From Burkholderiales bacterium (GTDB taxonomy: Bacteria > Pseudomonadota > Gammaproteobacteria > Burkholderiales > SG8-39): a stretch of 64,000 bases of DNA. This document shows positions 27,068 to 39,811 of this stretch, in pieces. The notes below the pieces were generated by a model, which made no database searches, had not been told where the DNA came from, and saw nothing but the letters and a program-made list of their open reading frames with translations. The DNA is taken from the NCBI GenBank assembly GCA_049582365.1, contig JBAUTW010000122.1, forward strand, positions 26,183 through 90,182, read 5' to 3'. Every line of letters begins with the position of its first letter. Positions within the stretch are counted from its first letter, which is position 1. The position numbers and the translations under genes were made by a program.

Positions 27068-28257
27068 ATCCCCGCCTCGCTGCGCTGCAGCCATATGCCT
27101 TCGAGAAACTGCGCGCGCTGCTCGACGGCATCGAGCCCAACCCCGATCTTCGGCCGATCAACTTGTCGATCGGCGAGCCGAAGCACCCGACGCCCGCTCT
27201 GATCCGCGATGCGCTGACCGGCGCGCTCGACGGGCTTGCCGCTTACCCGGCGACAGTAGGCACGCCGGCGCTGCGCGCAGCGATTGCCGAATGGCTCGCG
27301 CGCCGCTATGCGCTGCCGCCCCTCGACGCAGCGACCGAGGTATTGCCAGTGAACGGCTCGCGCGAAGCCTTGTTCGCATTCGCGCAGTCCGTGGTCGACC
27401 CGCTGAGCGGCCAGGCCAAGGTCGTTTGCCCCAATCCGTTCTACCAGATATACGAAGGTGCGGCGATTCTGGCGGGTGCCACCCCTTTGTATCTCAACGC
27501 GGACGAGCGATCCGGCTTCCGCGTGCGCTACGACACGTTGCAGGCTGCGGAATGGCGCAACGTCCAGCTGGTTTACGCCTGCTCGCCGGCCAACCCCAGC
27601 GGAAGCGTCATGCGGCTGGAAGATTGGAAGCTGCTGTTCGAACTGTCGGAGCGCCACGGTTTCGCGATCGCGTCGGACGAATGCTATTCCGAGATCTACT
27701 TCGACGAAGGCAAGCCGCCCCTCGGCGCGCTCGAAGCCTCGCATCGTCTCGGCCTAAAGGGCTACGCCAGGCTGGTCGTTTTCTCGAGCCTTTCAAAGCG
27801 CTCCAATGCCCCGGGCATGCGCTCGGGCTTCGTTGCTGGCGACGCAAGGCTGCTGCGGGACTTTCTCCTCTACCGCACCTACCACGGCTCCGCGATGAGC
27901 CTGACCATTCAGCAGGCCTCGATCGCCGCATGGCGTGACGAAGAGCACGTGCGCGAGAACCGGCGCCAGTACGTCGAAAAATTCCGCGCCGTGCTGCCAC
28001 TGATCGCCGCCCCACTCGCGGCCACTATGCCGGAGGGCGGCTTCTACCTCTGGATCCGCACGCCGATCGACGACTGCGAATTCGCGCGACGCCTGCTGCA
28101 CGAATATAATGTGCTTGTTCTTCCAGGGAGTTACCTTGCGCGCGATGCGCAGGGCGGAAATCCCGGACGTTGTCGAGTGCGCGTGGCGCTTGTCGCACCA
28201 CTTGCCGAATGTGTCGAGGCCGCGGAGCGTATTAACCGATTTGCCCGTACACTCTGA
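27064..28257 (+). CDS. dapC: succinyldiaminopimelate transaminase (class I aminotransferase)
   Basis: 397 aa with [21 protein letters not shown]-terminus and PLP-lysine region [14 protein letters not shown]. Immediately upstream of dapD, as in betaproteobacterial dapC-dapD. Confidence 0.8.
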   Translation: MNPRLAALQPYAFEKLRALLDGIEPNPDLRPINLSIGEPKHPTPALIRDALTGALDGLAAYPATVGTPALRAAIAEWLARRYALPPLDAATEVLPVNGSREALFAFAQSVVDPLSGQAKVVCPNPFYQIYEGAAILAGATPLYLNADERSGFRVRYDTLQAAEWRNVQLVYACSPANPSGSVMRLEDWKLLFELSERHGFAIASDECYSEIYFDEGKPPLGALEASHRLGLKGYARLVVFSSLSKRSNAPGMRSGFVAGDARLLRDFLLYRTYHGSAMSLTIQQASIAAWRDEEHVRENRRQYVEKFRAVLPLIAAPLAATMPEGGFYLWIRTPIDDCEFARRLLHEYNVLVLPGSYLARDAQGGNPGRCRVRVALVAPLAECVEAAERINRFARTL

Positions 28258-28263
28258 GAAATC

Positions 28264-29085
28264 ATGGAATCCGCACGAAAGACGATCGACGAAGCCTGGG
28301 AAAATCGCGCAGCGATCAATCCCTCGTCCGCGCCGAGGGCGCTGCGCGAAGCCGTCGAGCTCGTGTTGGCGGCGCTCGATGCTGGGCGGCTGAGAGTGTG
28401 CGAAAAGAACGCCGGCAGCTGGGTCACCCACCAATGGATCAAGAAGGCGGTACTGCTATCGTTCCGAATTGAAGAAAATCACCTGCTTGAAGGCGGGGCG
28501 AGCCGCTACTTCGACAAGGTTCCATCCAAGTTCGCCGGCTACGACGCGGCCCAGTTCAACGCAGGCGGGTTTCGCGTCGTCCCGCCGGCCATGGTGCGTC
28601 GCGGGTCGTTTATCGCGCGCAATGTCGTGCTGATGCCGTCCTATGTAAACATAGGCGCTTACGTCGACGAAGGCTCCATGGTAGACACTTGGGCGACCGT
28701 GGGGTCATGTGCCCAGATCGGAAAGAACGTGCATCTCTCGGGAGGCGTTGGCATCGGGGGGGTATTGGAGCCCCTGCAGGCCAACCCGGTCATCATCGAA
28801 GACAATTGCTTCATCGGGGCGCGCTCGGAAGTGGTCGAAGGCGTGATCGTCGAGGAAAACAGCGTGATCTCGATGGGCGTGTTCATTGGACAGAGCACCA
28901 GGATCTTCGACCGGGAAAGCGGCGAGATCATTTACGGGCGCGTGCCTTCTGGCTCCGTGGTCGTACCGGGCACGTTGCCGTCGAGTGATCGCAGTTGCGC
29001 GCTGTATTGCGCTGTTATCGTCAAGAAGGTAGACGCGAAGACTCGGGCGAAAACGAGCCTGAATGAGCTATTGCGGGGCGATTAG
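28264..29085 (+). CDS. dapD: 2,3,4,5-tetrahydropyridine-2,6-dicarboxylate N-succinyltransferase
   Basis: 273 aa with typical DapD N-terminal domain and hexapeptide repeats (...[40 protein letters not shown]...). Confidence 0.95.
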   Translation: MESARKTIDEAWENRAAINPSSAPRALREAVELVLAALDAGRLRVCEKNAGSWVTHQWIKKAVLLSFRIEENHLLEGGASRYFDKVPSKFAGYDAAQFNAGGFRVVPPAMVRRGSFIARNVVLMPSYVNIGAYVDEGSMVDTWATVGSCAQIGKNVHLSGGVGIGGVLEPLQANPVIIEDNCFIGARSEVVEGVIVEENSVISMGVFIGQSTRIFDRESGEIIYGRVPSGSVVVPGTLPSSDRSCALYCAVIVKKVDAKTRAKTSLNELLRGD

Positions 29086-29116
29086 ACTGTTGCCGTAAGA
29101 TTGCAGGGGGGTAGTC

Positions 29117-31458
<2,342 letters not shown>

Positions 31459-31465
31459 CGCCGAG

Positions 31466-32398
31466 ATGGCGAAGCCTGCGCCTGCCACGGTAGGCCGGCT
31501 GTTCAACGAAATCGTCAGCCGCCTCGAGCGCGCGTCGTTGCATTACGGACACGGCACGCACAACGCCAGCGACGATGCCGCCTACCTTATCCTGCACACG
31601 CTGCGGCTGCCGCTGGATGACTTGGGTCCCCACCGGCAGCGAATCGTGACGCCGGGCGAGCAACGCCGCATCCTGACGCTCGTCGCGCGACGGGTGCGCG
31701 AGAAGATCCCGGTCGCGTACCTCACGCACGAGGCCTGGCTCGGCGAGTACCGCTTCTACGTCGATGAACGGACCATCATCCCGCGCTCGTTTATCGCGGA
31801 GCTCGCGCGCGAGCGCTTCGAACCCTGGCTGCGGCGCCCCGTCCGCAGCGTGCTCGACCTGTGCACCGGTTCGGGTTGCCTCGCTGTTGTGCTTGCCAAG
31901 ACCTTCCCCCAGGCTCAGGTGGACGCCACCGACGTGTCGCCCGCAGCGCTCGCGGTAGCGCGCCGCAACGTGGCGCGCTACCGTCTTGGGCGCCGCATCC
32001 GCGTCCTGCGGTCGGATCTCTTCTCTGGCCTGAAGGGCAGGCGCTATGACCTGATCATTTCCAACCCTCCCTACGTGAACGCAGCGTCCATGCGTTCGCT
32101 TCCGCCCGAGTACCGCCACGAGCCCGCACTCGCGCTAGCGGGCGGCCGCGACGGACTTGTCCTGGTGAGGCAGATCCTCGCGCAGGCCGCCCGACACCTG
32201 CACCCCGGGGGCTCGCTGGTGTGCGAGATCGGCCGCAACCGGCGCGTGCTCGAGCGGGCCTATCCTGCCGTCCCGTTCGCCTGGCCGGAGACCAGCATCG
32301 GACCGGGCCACGTCTTCATCCTCGAGCGCGAAGCACTTGTGCCGCTCGAGGCGGCGACGCCTGAATCAGGCGCTTCTACGAGGACACGAAGGGCGTAA
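31466..32398 (+). CDS. prmB: 50S ribosomal protein L3 N5-glutamine methyltransferase
   Basis: 310 aa with SAM-binding motif VLDLCTGSGCLA and catalytic NPPY (LIISNPPYV). PrmB-like N-terminal domain. Confidence 0.85.
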   Translation: MAKPAPATVGRLFNEIVSRLERASLHYGHGTHNASDDAAYLILHTLRLPLDDLGPHRQRIVTPGEQRRILTLVARRVREKIPVAYLTHEAWLGEYRFYVDERTIIPRSFIAELARERFEPWLRRPVRSVLDLCTGSGCLAVVLAKTFPQAQVDATDVSPAALAVARRNVARYRLGRRIRVLRSDLFSGLKGRRYDLIISNPPYVNAASMRSLPPEYRHEPALALAGGRDGLVLVRQILAQAARHLHPGGSLVCEIGRNRRVLERAYPAVPFAWPETSIGPGHVFILEREALVPLEAATPESGASTRTRRA

Positions 32399-32403
32399 GT
32401 AAC

Positions 32404-32479
32404 TGGGGTGGCCGATGGGACTCGAACCCACAACAACTGGAATCACAATCCAGGACTCTACCGTTGAGCTACGGCCACC
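32404..32479 (-). tRNA. tRNA-His (anticodon GTG)
   Basis: Cloverleaf folded by hand: G-1 plus acceptor GTGGCCG/CGGCCAC, anticodon stem CTGGA/TCCAG with loop TTGTGAT, T-loop TTCGAGT, and an encoded CCA. Confidence 0.9.
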
Positions 32480-32548
32480 GTCGAACTGCAACTGGCTAAA
32501 TCTGCCCCAAACCGTTTCCGCCGTTCGGCGCCGTCGCGCATGCGATTC

Positions 32549-32625
32549 TGGCCTGCCCGGCGGGACTCGAACCCACAACCCCCAGCTTAGAAGGCTGGTG
32601 CTCTATCCGGTTGAGCTACGGGCAG
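32549..32625 (-). tRNA. tRNA-Arg (anticodon TCT)
   Basis: Cloverleaf folded by hand: acceptor CTGCCCG/CGGGCAG, D-arm GCTC..GAGC, anticodon stem CCAGC/GCTGG with loop CTTCTAA, T-loop TTCGAGT, and an encoded CCA. Confidence 0.88.
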
Positions 32626-32639
32626 CCCGCCTGCAAAGC

Positions 32640-32716
32640 TGGTCGGGGTGGAGAGATTCGAACTCCCGACATCTTGCTCCCAAAGCAAGCGCGCTACCAG
32701 GCTGCGCCACACCCCG
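32640..32716 (-). tRNA. tRNA-Pro (anticodon TGG)
   Basis: Cloverleaf folded by hand: acceptor CGGGGTG/CACCCCG, anticodon stem CTTGC/GCAAG with loop TTTGGGA, T-loop TTCGAAT, and an encoded CCA. Confidence 0.9.
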
Positions 32717-32730
32717 AAAAACGGTCGCAC

Positions 32731-32759
32731 ATGATACTCCGGGAGCGCTTCTGGAGCAA
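32731..32759 (-). promoter_or_regulatory. candidate sigma70 promoter of the tRNA-Pro/Arg/His operon
   Basis: On the minus strand: TTGCTC (32759-32754), a 17-nt spacer, then TATCAT (32736-32731). This lies about 14 nt upstream of the tRNA-Pro 5' end. Motif match only. Confidence 0.45.
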
Positions 32760-32865
32760 CGCAACCCCGTGAAAGAACTGGAATATAAGCACGATCCGAG
32801 TTTGCTTGCGGCAGGGGTCTATTTCTGCTAAAAAGCGCCTTTCCTTTTTTCAGGCAACTGCATCA

Positions 32866-33291
32866 ATGGCCGTCGAACTGACCCGGAAGAGCTTCACGCC
32901 GTACGCACCGAAGAAGGGCGAAGAATACATGAACGCGCGTCAACGCACGCACTTCCGGAAGATCCTCGAGCAACTGAAGGGCGAGCTTTCGGAAGAGATC
33001 GATCGCACCGTTCATACGATGCAGGACGAAGCCACCGTGTTCGCCGATCCCAACGACCGCGCCAGCCAGGAATCGGACATGGCGCTGGAACTGCGTAACC
33101 GCGACCGGGAACGAAAGTTGATCAAGAAGATCGACGAAACGATCGGCCGCATCGATGCGAACGAGTACGGCTACTGCGACAGCTGCGGCGTGGAGATCGG
33201 CCTCAAGCGCCTCGAGGCGCGCCCGACCGCCACCTTGTGCATCGACTGCAAGACGCTCGACGAGTTACGCGAGAAGCAGGTTGCCAAGTAG
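32866..33291 (+). CDS. dksA: RNA polymerase-binding transcription factor DksA
   Basis: Start re-set to ATG 32866, giving 141 aa. Coiled-coil tip DPNDRASQESD and C4 zinc finger CDSCGVEIGLKRLEARPTATLCIDC. Confidence 0.9.
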   Translation: MAVELTRKSFTPYAPKKGEEYMNARQRTHFRKILEQLKGELSEEIDRTVHTMQDEATVFADPNDRASQESDMALELRNRDRERKLIKKIDETIGRIDANEYGYCDSCGVEIGLKRLEARPTATLCIDCKTLDELREKQVAK

Positions 33292-33312
33292 TGCCGTTCC
33301 GACGTAAGCAAT

Positions 33313-33340
33313 AAAAAAAGGGCGCCTAGGCGCCCTTTTT
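33313..33340. terminator. bidirectional rho-independent terminator between convergent dksA and pnp
   Basis: AAAAAAAGGGCGCC-TA-GGCGCCCTTTTT is a perfect GC-rich palindrome flanked by an A-run and a T-run, so it gives a hairpin plus U-tract on both strands. Confidence 0.75.
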
Positions 33341-33358
33341 CAGTTCTGTCTTGCAGTT

Positions 33359-35473
33359 TCAGGTCTGTTTTGCCGTCTCGGGCGGGTTGATCGCCTTCAT
33401 CGAGAGTCGCACGCGGCCCTTGTCGTCGGCCTCCAGCACCTTCACCTTCACGATCTGCCCTTCCTTGAGGTAGTCGGACACCGCGTTTACCCGCTCGTTG
33501 CTGATCTGCGAGATGTGCAGCAGGCCGTCCCGCCCGGGCAGCAGCTGAATGATCGCGCCGAAGTCGAGCAACCTCAGTACCGGGCCTTCGTAGATCTTAC
33601 CCACCTCGACATCCGCGGTAAGCTCGAGGATCTTTTGCTTCGCCGCCTCGCCACCCTCGGCGCTAGTCGAGGCGATGGACACGGTGCCGTCATCCTCGAT
33701 CTCGATGGTTGCGCCGGTCGCCTCCTGCAAGCCGCGGATGACGACGCCACCCTTTCCGATCACGTCACGGATCTTTTCGGGATTGATCTTGATCTTGATG
33801 ATGCGCGGCGCGAAGGTGGATACTTCCTGGCGAGAGTGTTCGATCGTCTGCTGCATGAGGCCCAGGATGTGAAGTCTGCCTTCACGTGCCTGGTCAAGCG
33901 CGACGCGCATGATTTCCCTGGTGATCGACTCGATCTTGAGGTCCATTTGGAGCGCAGTGACGCCTCGGTCCGTGCCTGCCACCTTGAAGTCCATGTCGCC
34001 TAGATGGTCCTCGTCGCCCAGAATATCGGTAAGCACCGCGAAACGGTTACCGTCCTTGATCAGGCCCATCGCGATGCCCGCGACGTGCGCCTTCACCGGG
34101 ACCCCTGCGTCCATCAGCGCCAGACTGCCGCCGCAAACCGACGCCATCGAAGAAGACCCGTTCGACTCCGTGATCTCGGACACAATCCGCATCGAATAGC
34201 CGAACTCTTCCGCCGTGGGCAACACAGCAGCCAGCGCGCGCTTGGCGAGTCGGCCATGGCCAACCTCGCGGCGTTTCGGCGTGCCCATACGCCCCGTTTC
34301 GCCCGTCGCGTACGGCGGCATGTTGTAGTGAAGCATGAAGCGCTCGCGGTATTCCCCCATCAACGCGTCGATAATCTGCTCATCGCGTCCAGTGCCGAGC
34401 GTAACGGTGACCAGGGCCTGGGTTTCGCCTCGCGTAAACAATGCCGACCCGTGAGTGCGTGGCAGCACCCCGGGGCGAATCGTGATCGGTCGCACAGTTC
34501 TCGTGTCTCGTCCGTCGATGCGGGGCTCGCCGTCGAGGATCTGGCTGCGCACGATCTTCGATTCGAGGTCGAAAAAAATGTCCTTCACCTCGCTAGGGCT
34601 GATTTCGGTCCCGGAGCCCTTCGCCTCTTCCTGCAGCTTCGCAACAGCAGCCTTACGAATTTCTCCCAGCCTCACGTTGCGCGTCTGCTTCTGGCGCATC
34701 TCGAACGCCTCGCGCAGATCTCTTTCCGCCAGTTCCGCCACGCGCGCGACCAATGCTGCGTTCTTCTGCGGCAGTTCCACTTCCCAGGCCGGCTTGCCCG
34801 CGACCTCCGCCAGCTCATCGATTGCGCGAATGGCGGCCTGCATCTGTTCATGACCGAACATGACCGCGCCGAGCATCACGTCTTCCGGAAGTTCCAGTGC
34901 TTCAGACTCCACCATCAACACGCCCTGCTCTGTGCCCGCGACCACCAGATTGAGCTTGGAACTCTTCAGCTGCGTGGCGGTCGGGTTTAGTACGTACTGT
35001 CCATCGATATAAGCGACACGGCAACCGCCGATAGGTCCGCTAAACGGTATGCCGGAAAGGGCGAGCGCCGCCGAAACTCCGAGCATTGCGGGAATATCGG
35101 GATCGACCTCTGGGTTGCACGACATGACGGTCGCGACGACCTGGACTTCGTTGTAAAACCCGTCGGGAAACAACGGCCGAATCGGCCGGTCGATCAGTCT
35201 GCAGGTAAGCGTCTCCTTCTCCGACGGGCGCCCCTCGCGCTTGAAGAACCCCCCAGGAATCTTGCCCGCGGCATACGTCTTTTCGACATAGTCGACCGTC
35301 AGCGGGAAGAATTCCTGGCCCGGTCGTGCTTCCTTCGCGGCCACGACAGTGGCCAGGACAACCGTGTCGTCGATCGTACACAGGACGGCGCCATGCGCCT
35401 GACGAGCAATTTCGCCGGTCTCGAACGTGACCTGCTGGGTACCGTACGTAAACGTCTTCTTGATTGGATTCAA
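33359..35473 (-). CDS. pnp: polyribonucleotide nucleotidyltransferase (PNPase)
   Basis: About 704 aa with two RNase PH-like domains, KH (...[10 protein letters not shown]...) and S1 (...[20 protein letters not shown]...). I prefer TTG 35473 ([11 protein letters not shown]), because GAGGA lies 8 nt upstream. The TTG 35479 of the ORF track sits only 2 nt after that SD. Confidence 0.95.
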   Translation of the reverse strand: MNPIKKTFTYGTQQVTFETGEIARQAHGAVLCTIDDTVVLATVVAAKEARPGQEFFPLTVDYVEKTYAAGKIPGGFFKREGRPSEKETLTCRLIDRPIRPLFPDGFYNEVQVVATVMSCNPEVDPDIPAMLGVSAALALSGIPFSGPIGGCRVAYIDGQYVLNPTATQLKSSKLNLVVAGTEQGVLMVESEALELPEDVMLGAVMFGHEQMQAAIRAIDELAEVAGKPAWEVELPQKNAALVARVAELAERDLREAFEMRQKQTRNVRLGEIRKAAVAKLQEEAKGSGTEISPSEVKDIFFDLESKIVRSQILDGEPRIDGRDTRTVRPITIRPGVLPRTHGSALFTRGETQALVTVTLGTGRDEQIIDALMGEYRERFMLHYNMPPYATGETGRMGTPKRREVGHGRLAKRALAAVLPTAEEFGYSMRIVSEITESNGSSSMASVCGGSLALMDAGVPVKAHVAGIAMGLIKDGNRFAVLTDILGDEDHLGDMDFKVAGTDRGVTALQMDLKIESITREIMRVALDQAREGRLHILGLMQQTIEHSRQEVSTFAPRIIKIKINPEKIRDVIGKGGVVIRGLQEATGATIEIEDDGTVSIASTSAEGGEAAKQKILELTADVEVGKIYEGPVLRLLDFGAIIQLLPGRDGLLHISQISNERVNAVSDYLKEGQIVKVKVLEADDKGRVRLSMKAINPPETAKQT

Positions 35474-35552
35474 AGCCAAGTTCCTCTAAATACAAGCTGC
35501 GCCGCCGTGGCGACGCGAGGGTGCGGCGCTCAGCGCACGCGGCGGACGCGAC

Positions 35553-35583
35553 AAACGAAAACGCTCATCCGATGAATGAGCGT
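35553..35583 (-). terminator. rpsO terminator/attenuator hairpin in the rpsO-pnp intercistronic region
   Basis: The minus-strand RNA reads ACGCUCAU-UCAUCGG-AUGAGCGU followed by UUUCGUUU, an 8-bp stem plus a U-rich tail. It starts about 27 nt after the rpsO stop. Confidence 0.6.
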
Positions 35584-35609
35584 CTTCCGTCGATGCATCG
35601 AGAAAGAAG

Positions 35610-35879
35610 CTACTTGCGTAGGCCGAGCCGCTCGATTAGCGCCCGGTACTTGTCTGCATCGGTGCGCTTCAAATAGTCGAGCAACTTGCGCCGTTGGCTA
35701 ACCATCTTCAGCAGCCCGCGACGTGAATGAAAATCCTTGACGTGGCTCTTGAAGTGCTCCGAAAGGCCATTGATTCGCTCCGTAAGTAGAGCGACCTGCA
35801 CCTCCGGCGAGCCAGTGTCCTTGCCGGAGCGTTGAAACTGTTGAACGACTTGCGCCTTTTGCGCGACCTGCAATCCCAT
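35610..35879 (-). CDS. rpsO: 30S ribosomal protein S15
   Basis: Start re-set to ATG 35879, with GAGGAGAG upstream. 89 aa, [46 protein letters not shown].... The ORF-track extension to 36137 overlaps truB. Confidence 0.95.
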   Translation of the reverse strand: MGLQVAQKAQVVQQFQRSGKDTGSPEVQVALLTERINGLSEHFKSHVKDFHSRRGLLKMVSQRRKLLDYLKRTDADKYRALIERLGLRK

Positions 35880-35902
35880 ATTCTCTCCTCGTGCGAAGCG
35901 GG

Positions 35903-35932
35903 ATTTTAACTCAAGCGGCGATCTATTCACAA
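35903..35932 (-). promoter_or_regulatory. candidate sigma70 promoter of rpsO
   Basis: On the minus strand: TTGTGA (35932-35927), an 18-nt spacer, then TAAAAT (35908-35903), between truB and rpsO. E. coli rpsO also has its own promoter at this position. Motif match only. Confidence 0.45.
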
Positions 35933-35947
35933 GTTTTTTTATGTATT

Positions 35948-36853
35948 TCAGCCGGTTGCGCCAGCCTGGTCCTCTCGCAGCGCGGTCAGCCTTACCGGTC
36001 GCAGCATTCCCGCCCCGTCTGCCAGGCCAACCCCGATCAACCCGCCCGGGCCGTGCAGTGCGCACTGCCCGACGAGACCCTGACCGACCTGGATTGCCTG
36101 CCCCTTGCGCAAGCGCACCTCCTGTTCGGCCCCGCAATCCAGGCGCGGCAGGTTGCCCAGTAATGCATCGAGCGGCAATAGCCTGCGATTCCGCTCCTCT
36201 TCGGTCATCTCCGCCAACGCATCAAGCGTCGTCGCGCCATCCAGCGACAGGCCGCCCGCTGAGGTGCGACGCAGCGCCGCCAGATGTGCGCCCGTGCCTA
36301 GCACTCTTCCGATATCCTCCGCCAAACTGCGCACGTAGGTCCCCTTACTGCAGCGAACACGCAGTGTCAGGAAGTCTTCCCGAAGCGACACCTGCTCCAG
36401 TTCGTGGATCGAAATCGCGCGCGGTCGGCGCTCCACGGTCTTTCCCTCCCGCGCCAGCAGGTAAAGAGGTTTTCCCTCGAGCTTCAGGGCCGAATACATG
36501 GGCGGAACTTGCCAGATCGGGCCGCGGAATTTCTCCAATGTCGTCTCGACTTGCGCCGTCGACGCGCTCACGCTGCGGCGTTCGATCACCTCGCCCTCCG
36601 CGTCACCGGTTGTCGTCGTGACGCCAAGGCGAACGGTGGCGAGGTAGGACTTGTCCGCGTCCAGCTGCGGACCGGCAAACTTGGTCGCATCGCCGAACAG
36701 CAGCAGCAGGAGCCCCGATGCAAGGGGATCCAGGGTGCCGGCATGTCCCGCCTTTTCGGCCCGAAATAAGCGCTTTGCGGCCTGCAGCGCGACGTTGGAG
36801 CTGAGGCCGACCGGTTTGTCCAACAGGAGGGCCGCGTCAAGTCGGCGACGCAT
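35948..36853 (-). CDS. truB: tRNA pseudouridine(55) synthase
   Basis: 301 aa with [12 protein letters not shown] and catalytic Asp motif [12 protein letters not shown]. Confidence 0.95.
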   Translation of the reverse strand: MRRRLDAALLLDKPVGLSSNVALQAAKRLFRAEKAGHAGTLDPLASGLLLLLFGDATKFAGPQLDADKSYLATVRLGVTTTTGDAEGEVIERRSVSASTAQVETTLEKFRGPIWQVPPMYSALKLEGKPLYLLAREGKTVERRPRAISIHELEQVSLREDFLTLRVRCSKGTYVRSLAEDIGRVLGTGAHLAALRRTSAGGLSLDGATTLDALAEMTEEERNRRLLPLDALLGNLPRLDCGAEQEVRLRKGQAIQVGQGLVGQCALHGPGGLIGVGLADGAGMLRPVRLTALREDQAGATG

Positions 36854-36870
36854 GGTGGCGCTTGTGTGGG

Positions 36871-37227
36871 TCAGCGCTTCCGTCCGCCCGTGACACTGTC
36901 GATCAGCTGCGACAGGTGGGCTCCGCGCTCGATCGATTCATCGTAGACGAAGCGCAGTTCCGGTGCAGTATAGAGCTTGACCCGCTTTGCCAGCTGCGTA
37001 CGTAGAAATCCGGCAGCGCGGCGCAGGCCCTGAGTCGCCTCCGGAACGTGGGTGACGTCGAGACAGGTGAAGTACACGGTCGCGTGAGTGCAGTCGGGGG
37101 AGACCTCCACCCCGGTCAACGTGATCATCCCCACTCTCGGGTCGCGCAGCTCGCGGTGCAGGATCGAGGAAAGCTCGCGCTGAACCTGGTCTCCGACCTT
37201 CTGCGCACGTCCGCTCTGTCGCGCCAT
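36871..37227 (-). CDS. rbfA: 30S ribosome-binding factor RbfA
   Basis: 118 aa with RAQKVGDQVQRELSSIL...DPRVGMITLTGVEVSPDCTHATVYF. Confidence 0.95.
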   Translation of the reverse strand: MARQSGRAQKVGDQVQRELSSILHRELRDPRVGMITLTGVEVSPDCTHATVYFTCLDVTHVPEATQGLRRAAGFLRTQLAKRVKLYTAPELRFVYDESIERGAHLSQLIDSVTGGRKR

Positions 37228-37236
37228 ACCCGATCG

Positions 37237-39810
37237 CTAGAGCGTGCGGGCGACTTCCATCACTTCAAAAACTTCGAGCTGATCGCCTTCCTTCAGTTCG
37301 TTGAAGTTCTTCAGTGATATGCCGCATTCGAAACCGGCCTTAACCTCACGGACGTCGTCCTTGAAGCGCTTGAGCGAATCTATGTCACCGGCATGGATCA
37401 CGACGTTGTCGCGCAGCACGCGCACCTGTGCGCCTCGCTTGACGTTGCCCTCGAGCACATAGCAGCCTGCGACTGCGCCGACCTTCGAGATGCGGAATAC
37501 CTGGCGTACGTCGACCAACCCGATCACCTGTTCCTTCCTCTCGGGCGCCAGCATGCCGGAGAGCGCTGCTTTTATTTCCTCCACCGCCTCGTAGATGATG
37601 TTGTAGTAGCGCACGTCTACGCCGGCGCTCTCGATCAGCTTGCGCGCCGTCGCGTCGGCGCGGGTATTGAAACCGATAATTACCGCACTGGAGGCCATTG
37701 CAAGATTGACGTCCGATTCGGTGATACCGCCTACGCCGGCGTGCACCACATTCACCTTGACTTCGTCCGTAGAGAGCCGCATGAGCGCATGCGCCAGGGC
37801 TTCCTGAGATCCCTGCACGTCCGCCTTGAGCACGATCGCGAGAGTCTTCTTTTCGTCCTCGCCCATTTGCTCGAACACATTTTCGAGCTTCGCAGCCTGC
37901 CGCTTCGCGAGCTTGACGTCCCTAAATTTGCCTTGGCGAAACAGCGCGATCTCGCGCGCCTTGCGCTCATCGGCCATCACGACCATTTCTTCGCCCGCCT
38001 GGGGCACTTCCGAAAGTCCCTGAATCTCGACTGGTATCGACGGGCCCGCCGTTTGCACCGGCTTGCCGTTTTCGTCGAGCATCGCCCGGACGCGGCCAAA
38101 TACCGCACCGGTGAGCACTATGTCGCCGCGCTTAAGCGTTCCGGACTGCACGAGCAGCGTCGCGACGGGGCCGCGCCCCCTGTCCAGCCGTGCCTCGATC
38201 ACAACTCCCTTGGCCGGCGCGTCCACCGGAGCCTTGAGTTCCAGCACCTCGGCCTGCAGCAGCACGCGTTCCAGCAGATCGTCAATGCCTTGTCCAGTCT
38301 TCGCCGAGACAGGCACGAATGGCGCATCGCCGCCGTATTCTTCCGGGACGACGCCGTGGCTCAGCAGTTCCTGCTTGACCTTTTCCGGATTGGCGTCCGG
38401 CTTGTCTATCTTGTTGATCGCCACCACGAGCGGCACTTCGGCTGCTTTCGCGTGGTTGATCGCCTCGATCGTCTGAGGCATGACGCCGTCGTCCGCCGCG
38501 ACGACGAGAATGACCAAATCGGTCACCTTGGCGCCGCGCGCACGCATGGCCGTAAAGGCCTCGTGACCCGGCGTGTCCAGGAACGTCACGACACCGCGCG
38601 GCGTCTCCACGTGATAGGCGCCGATATGCTGCGTGATGCCTCCTGCCTCGCCCGCCGCCACCTTTGCGCGGCGAATGTAGTCGAGTAGGGAAGTTTTGCC
38701 GTGATCGACGTGCCCCATGACTGTCACTACCGGCGGGCGCGTAACGGCGTCTGCCGCGATTTCTTCGCCGGCATCGCTCAGGTAGGCCTCGGGGTCCTCG
38801 AATTTCGCAGGTTTGCCCTTATGGCCCATCTCCTCGACCACGATCATCGCAGTCTCTTGGTCCAGGACCTGATTGATCGTTGCCATGCTGCCGAGCTTCA
38901 TCAGCGTCTTGATGACCTCTGCGGCCTTGACCGACATTTTGTGGGCAAGTTCGCCTACCGTGATGGTTTCCGGCACAGCAACTTCGCGCACGACCGGCTC
39001 CGCCGGCTGTGAAAATCCGGGTTGCTCCGCTGCAGTTGCAGAAGGGCGATGTCGGGTGCCGCCGCGCGCGTGCCAGCCGCCCACCCCGCCACCCGCGTCG
39101 CCGCGAGTCTTGATCATGCGCCGGCGCACGGAATCGTCGCGCAGGACGGTTGTCGTTTTTACCTTCTTCGCCTTCCTCTCACCCTTGCCTTCGTCGCCCT
39201 TGGGTTTGGGCGCATGTAGCGTGCCCTCCGAGGCCGCGGCCGCTGCGCCCGGCACAGCAGCTTTCTCCAGTGCCGCCTGTGCCTCGCGCTCCGCCTGCTT
39301 TTGCTCCGCCTCGCGCTTCTCTCGTTCCTGCTTGTCTCGCAGCTCCTGCGCCTGGATCTCGGCCAGCTGCCGCTGACGGCGTGCTTCGTCCTCACGCAGC
39401 TCGATCTCCTTGGCGTCCAGCGTAGCAGCGGGCGGAATTGCTGGAGCCGAAGCCTGAGCCGGCGCAGGCGTCGTCGCCCCCTCCTCCCCGCTCTCGGCGG
39501 CCGCCTCGGAAGGATCGCGCTTCACGAACACCCGCTTCTTGCGCACCTCGACCTGGATGGTGCGTGCCTTGCCCGAGGAGTCCGATTTCTTGATCTCGCT
39601 CGTTTGCTTGCGCGTAAGGGTAATCTTGTTCTTCGCCTCCGCGGATCCGTGCGATTTGCGCAGATATTCCAAAAGCCGGGACTTGTCCTGCTCCGTCAAT
39701 GAGTCCTCGGGGACGCGCTTTTCCACGCCCGCGGCGCGCAGCTGCTCGAGCAGAACCGATGGCGGTACTTTTAGCTCGCTGGCGAATTGTGCGACGCTGG
39801 TCTGGGCCAC
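37237..39810 (-). CDS. infB: translation initiation factor IF-2
   Basis: G-domain motifs [20 protein letters not shown], and a C-terminal IF2 fold. I place the start at GTG 39810 ([24 protein letters not shown]), with AGGAGG 8 nt upstream. It lies 1 nt after the nusA stop. The ORF-track start 39873 would overlap nusA. Confidence 0.93.
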   Translation of the reverse strand: MAQTSVAQFASELKVPPSVLLEQLRAAGVEKRVPEDSLTEQDKSRLLEYLRKSHGSAEAKNKITLTRKQTSEIKKSDSSGKARTIQVEVRKKRVFVKRDPSEAAAESGEEGATTPAPAQASAPAIPPAATLDAKEIELREDEARRQRQLAEIQAQELRDKQEREKREAEQKQAEREAQAALEKAAVPGAAAAASEGTLHAPKPKGDEGKGERKAKKVKTTTVLRDDSVRRRMIKTRGDAGGGVGGWHARGGTRHRPSATAAEQPGFSQPAEPVVREVAVPETITVGELAHKMSVKAAEVIKTLMKLGSMATINQVLDQETAMIVVEEMGHKGKPAKFEDPEAYLSDAGEEIAADAVTRPPVVTVMGHVDHGKTSLLDYIRRAKVAAGEAGGITQHIGAYHVETPRGVVTFLDTPGHEAFTAMRARGAKVTDLVILVVAADDGVMPQTIEAINHAKAAEVPLVVAINKIDKPDANPEKVKQELLSHGVVPEEYGGDAPFVPVSAKTGQGIDDLLERVLLQAEVLELKAPVDAPAKGVVIEARLDRGRGPVATLLVQSGTLKRGDIVLTGAVFGRVRAMLDENGKPVQTAGPSIPVEIQGLSEVPQAGEEMVVMADERKAREIALFRQGKFRDVKLAKRQAAKLENVFEQMGEDEKKTLAIVLKADVQGSQEALAHALMRLSTDEVKVNVVHAGVGGITESDVNLAMASSAVIIGFNTRADATARKLIESAGVDVRYYNIIYEAVEEIKAALSGMLAPERKEQVIGLVDVRQVFRISKVGAVAGCYVLEGNVKRGAQVRVLRDNVVIHAGDIDSLKRFKDDVREVKAGFECGISLKNFNELKEGDQLEVFEVMEVARTL

Positions 39811-39811
39811 G

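Noticed and set aside
32417-32580. 18-nt exact repeat gggactcgaacccacaac at 32417-32434 and 32563-32580.
   Set aside because: These are the T-arm/acceptor regions of tRNA-His and tRNA-Arg. The match is ordinary tRNA sequence conservation, not a mobile-element or CRISPR-type repeat.
32415-32831. 138-aa plus-strand ORF spanning the tRNA cluster.
   Set aside because: It runs antisense across three well-folded tRNA genes and is an artefact of stop-free sequence.
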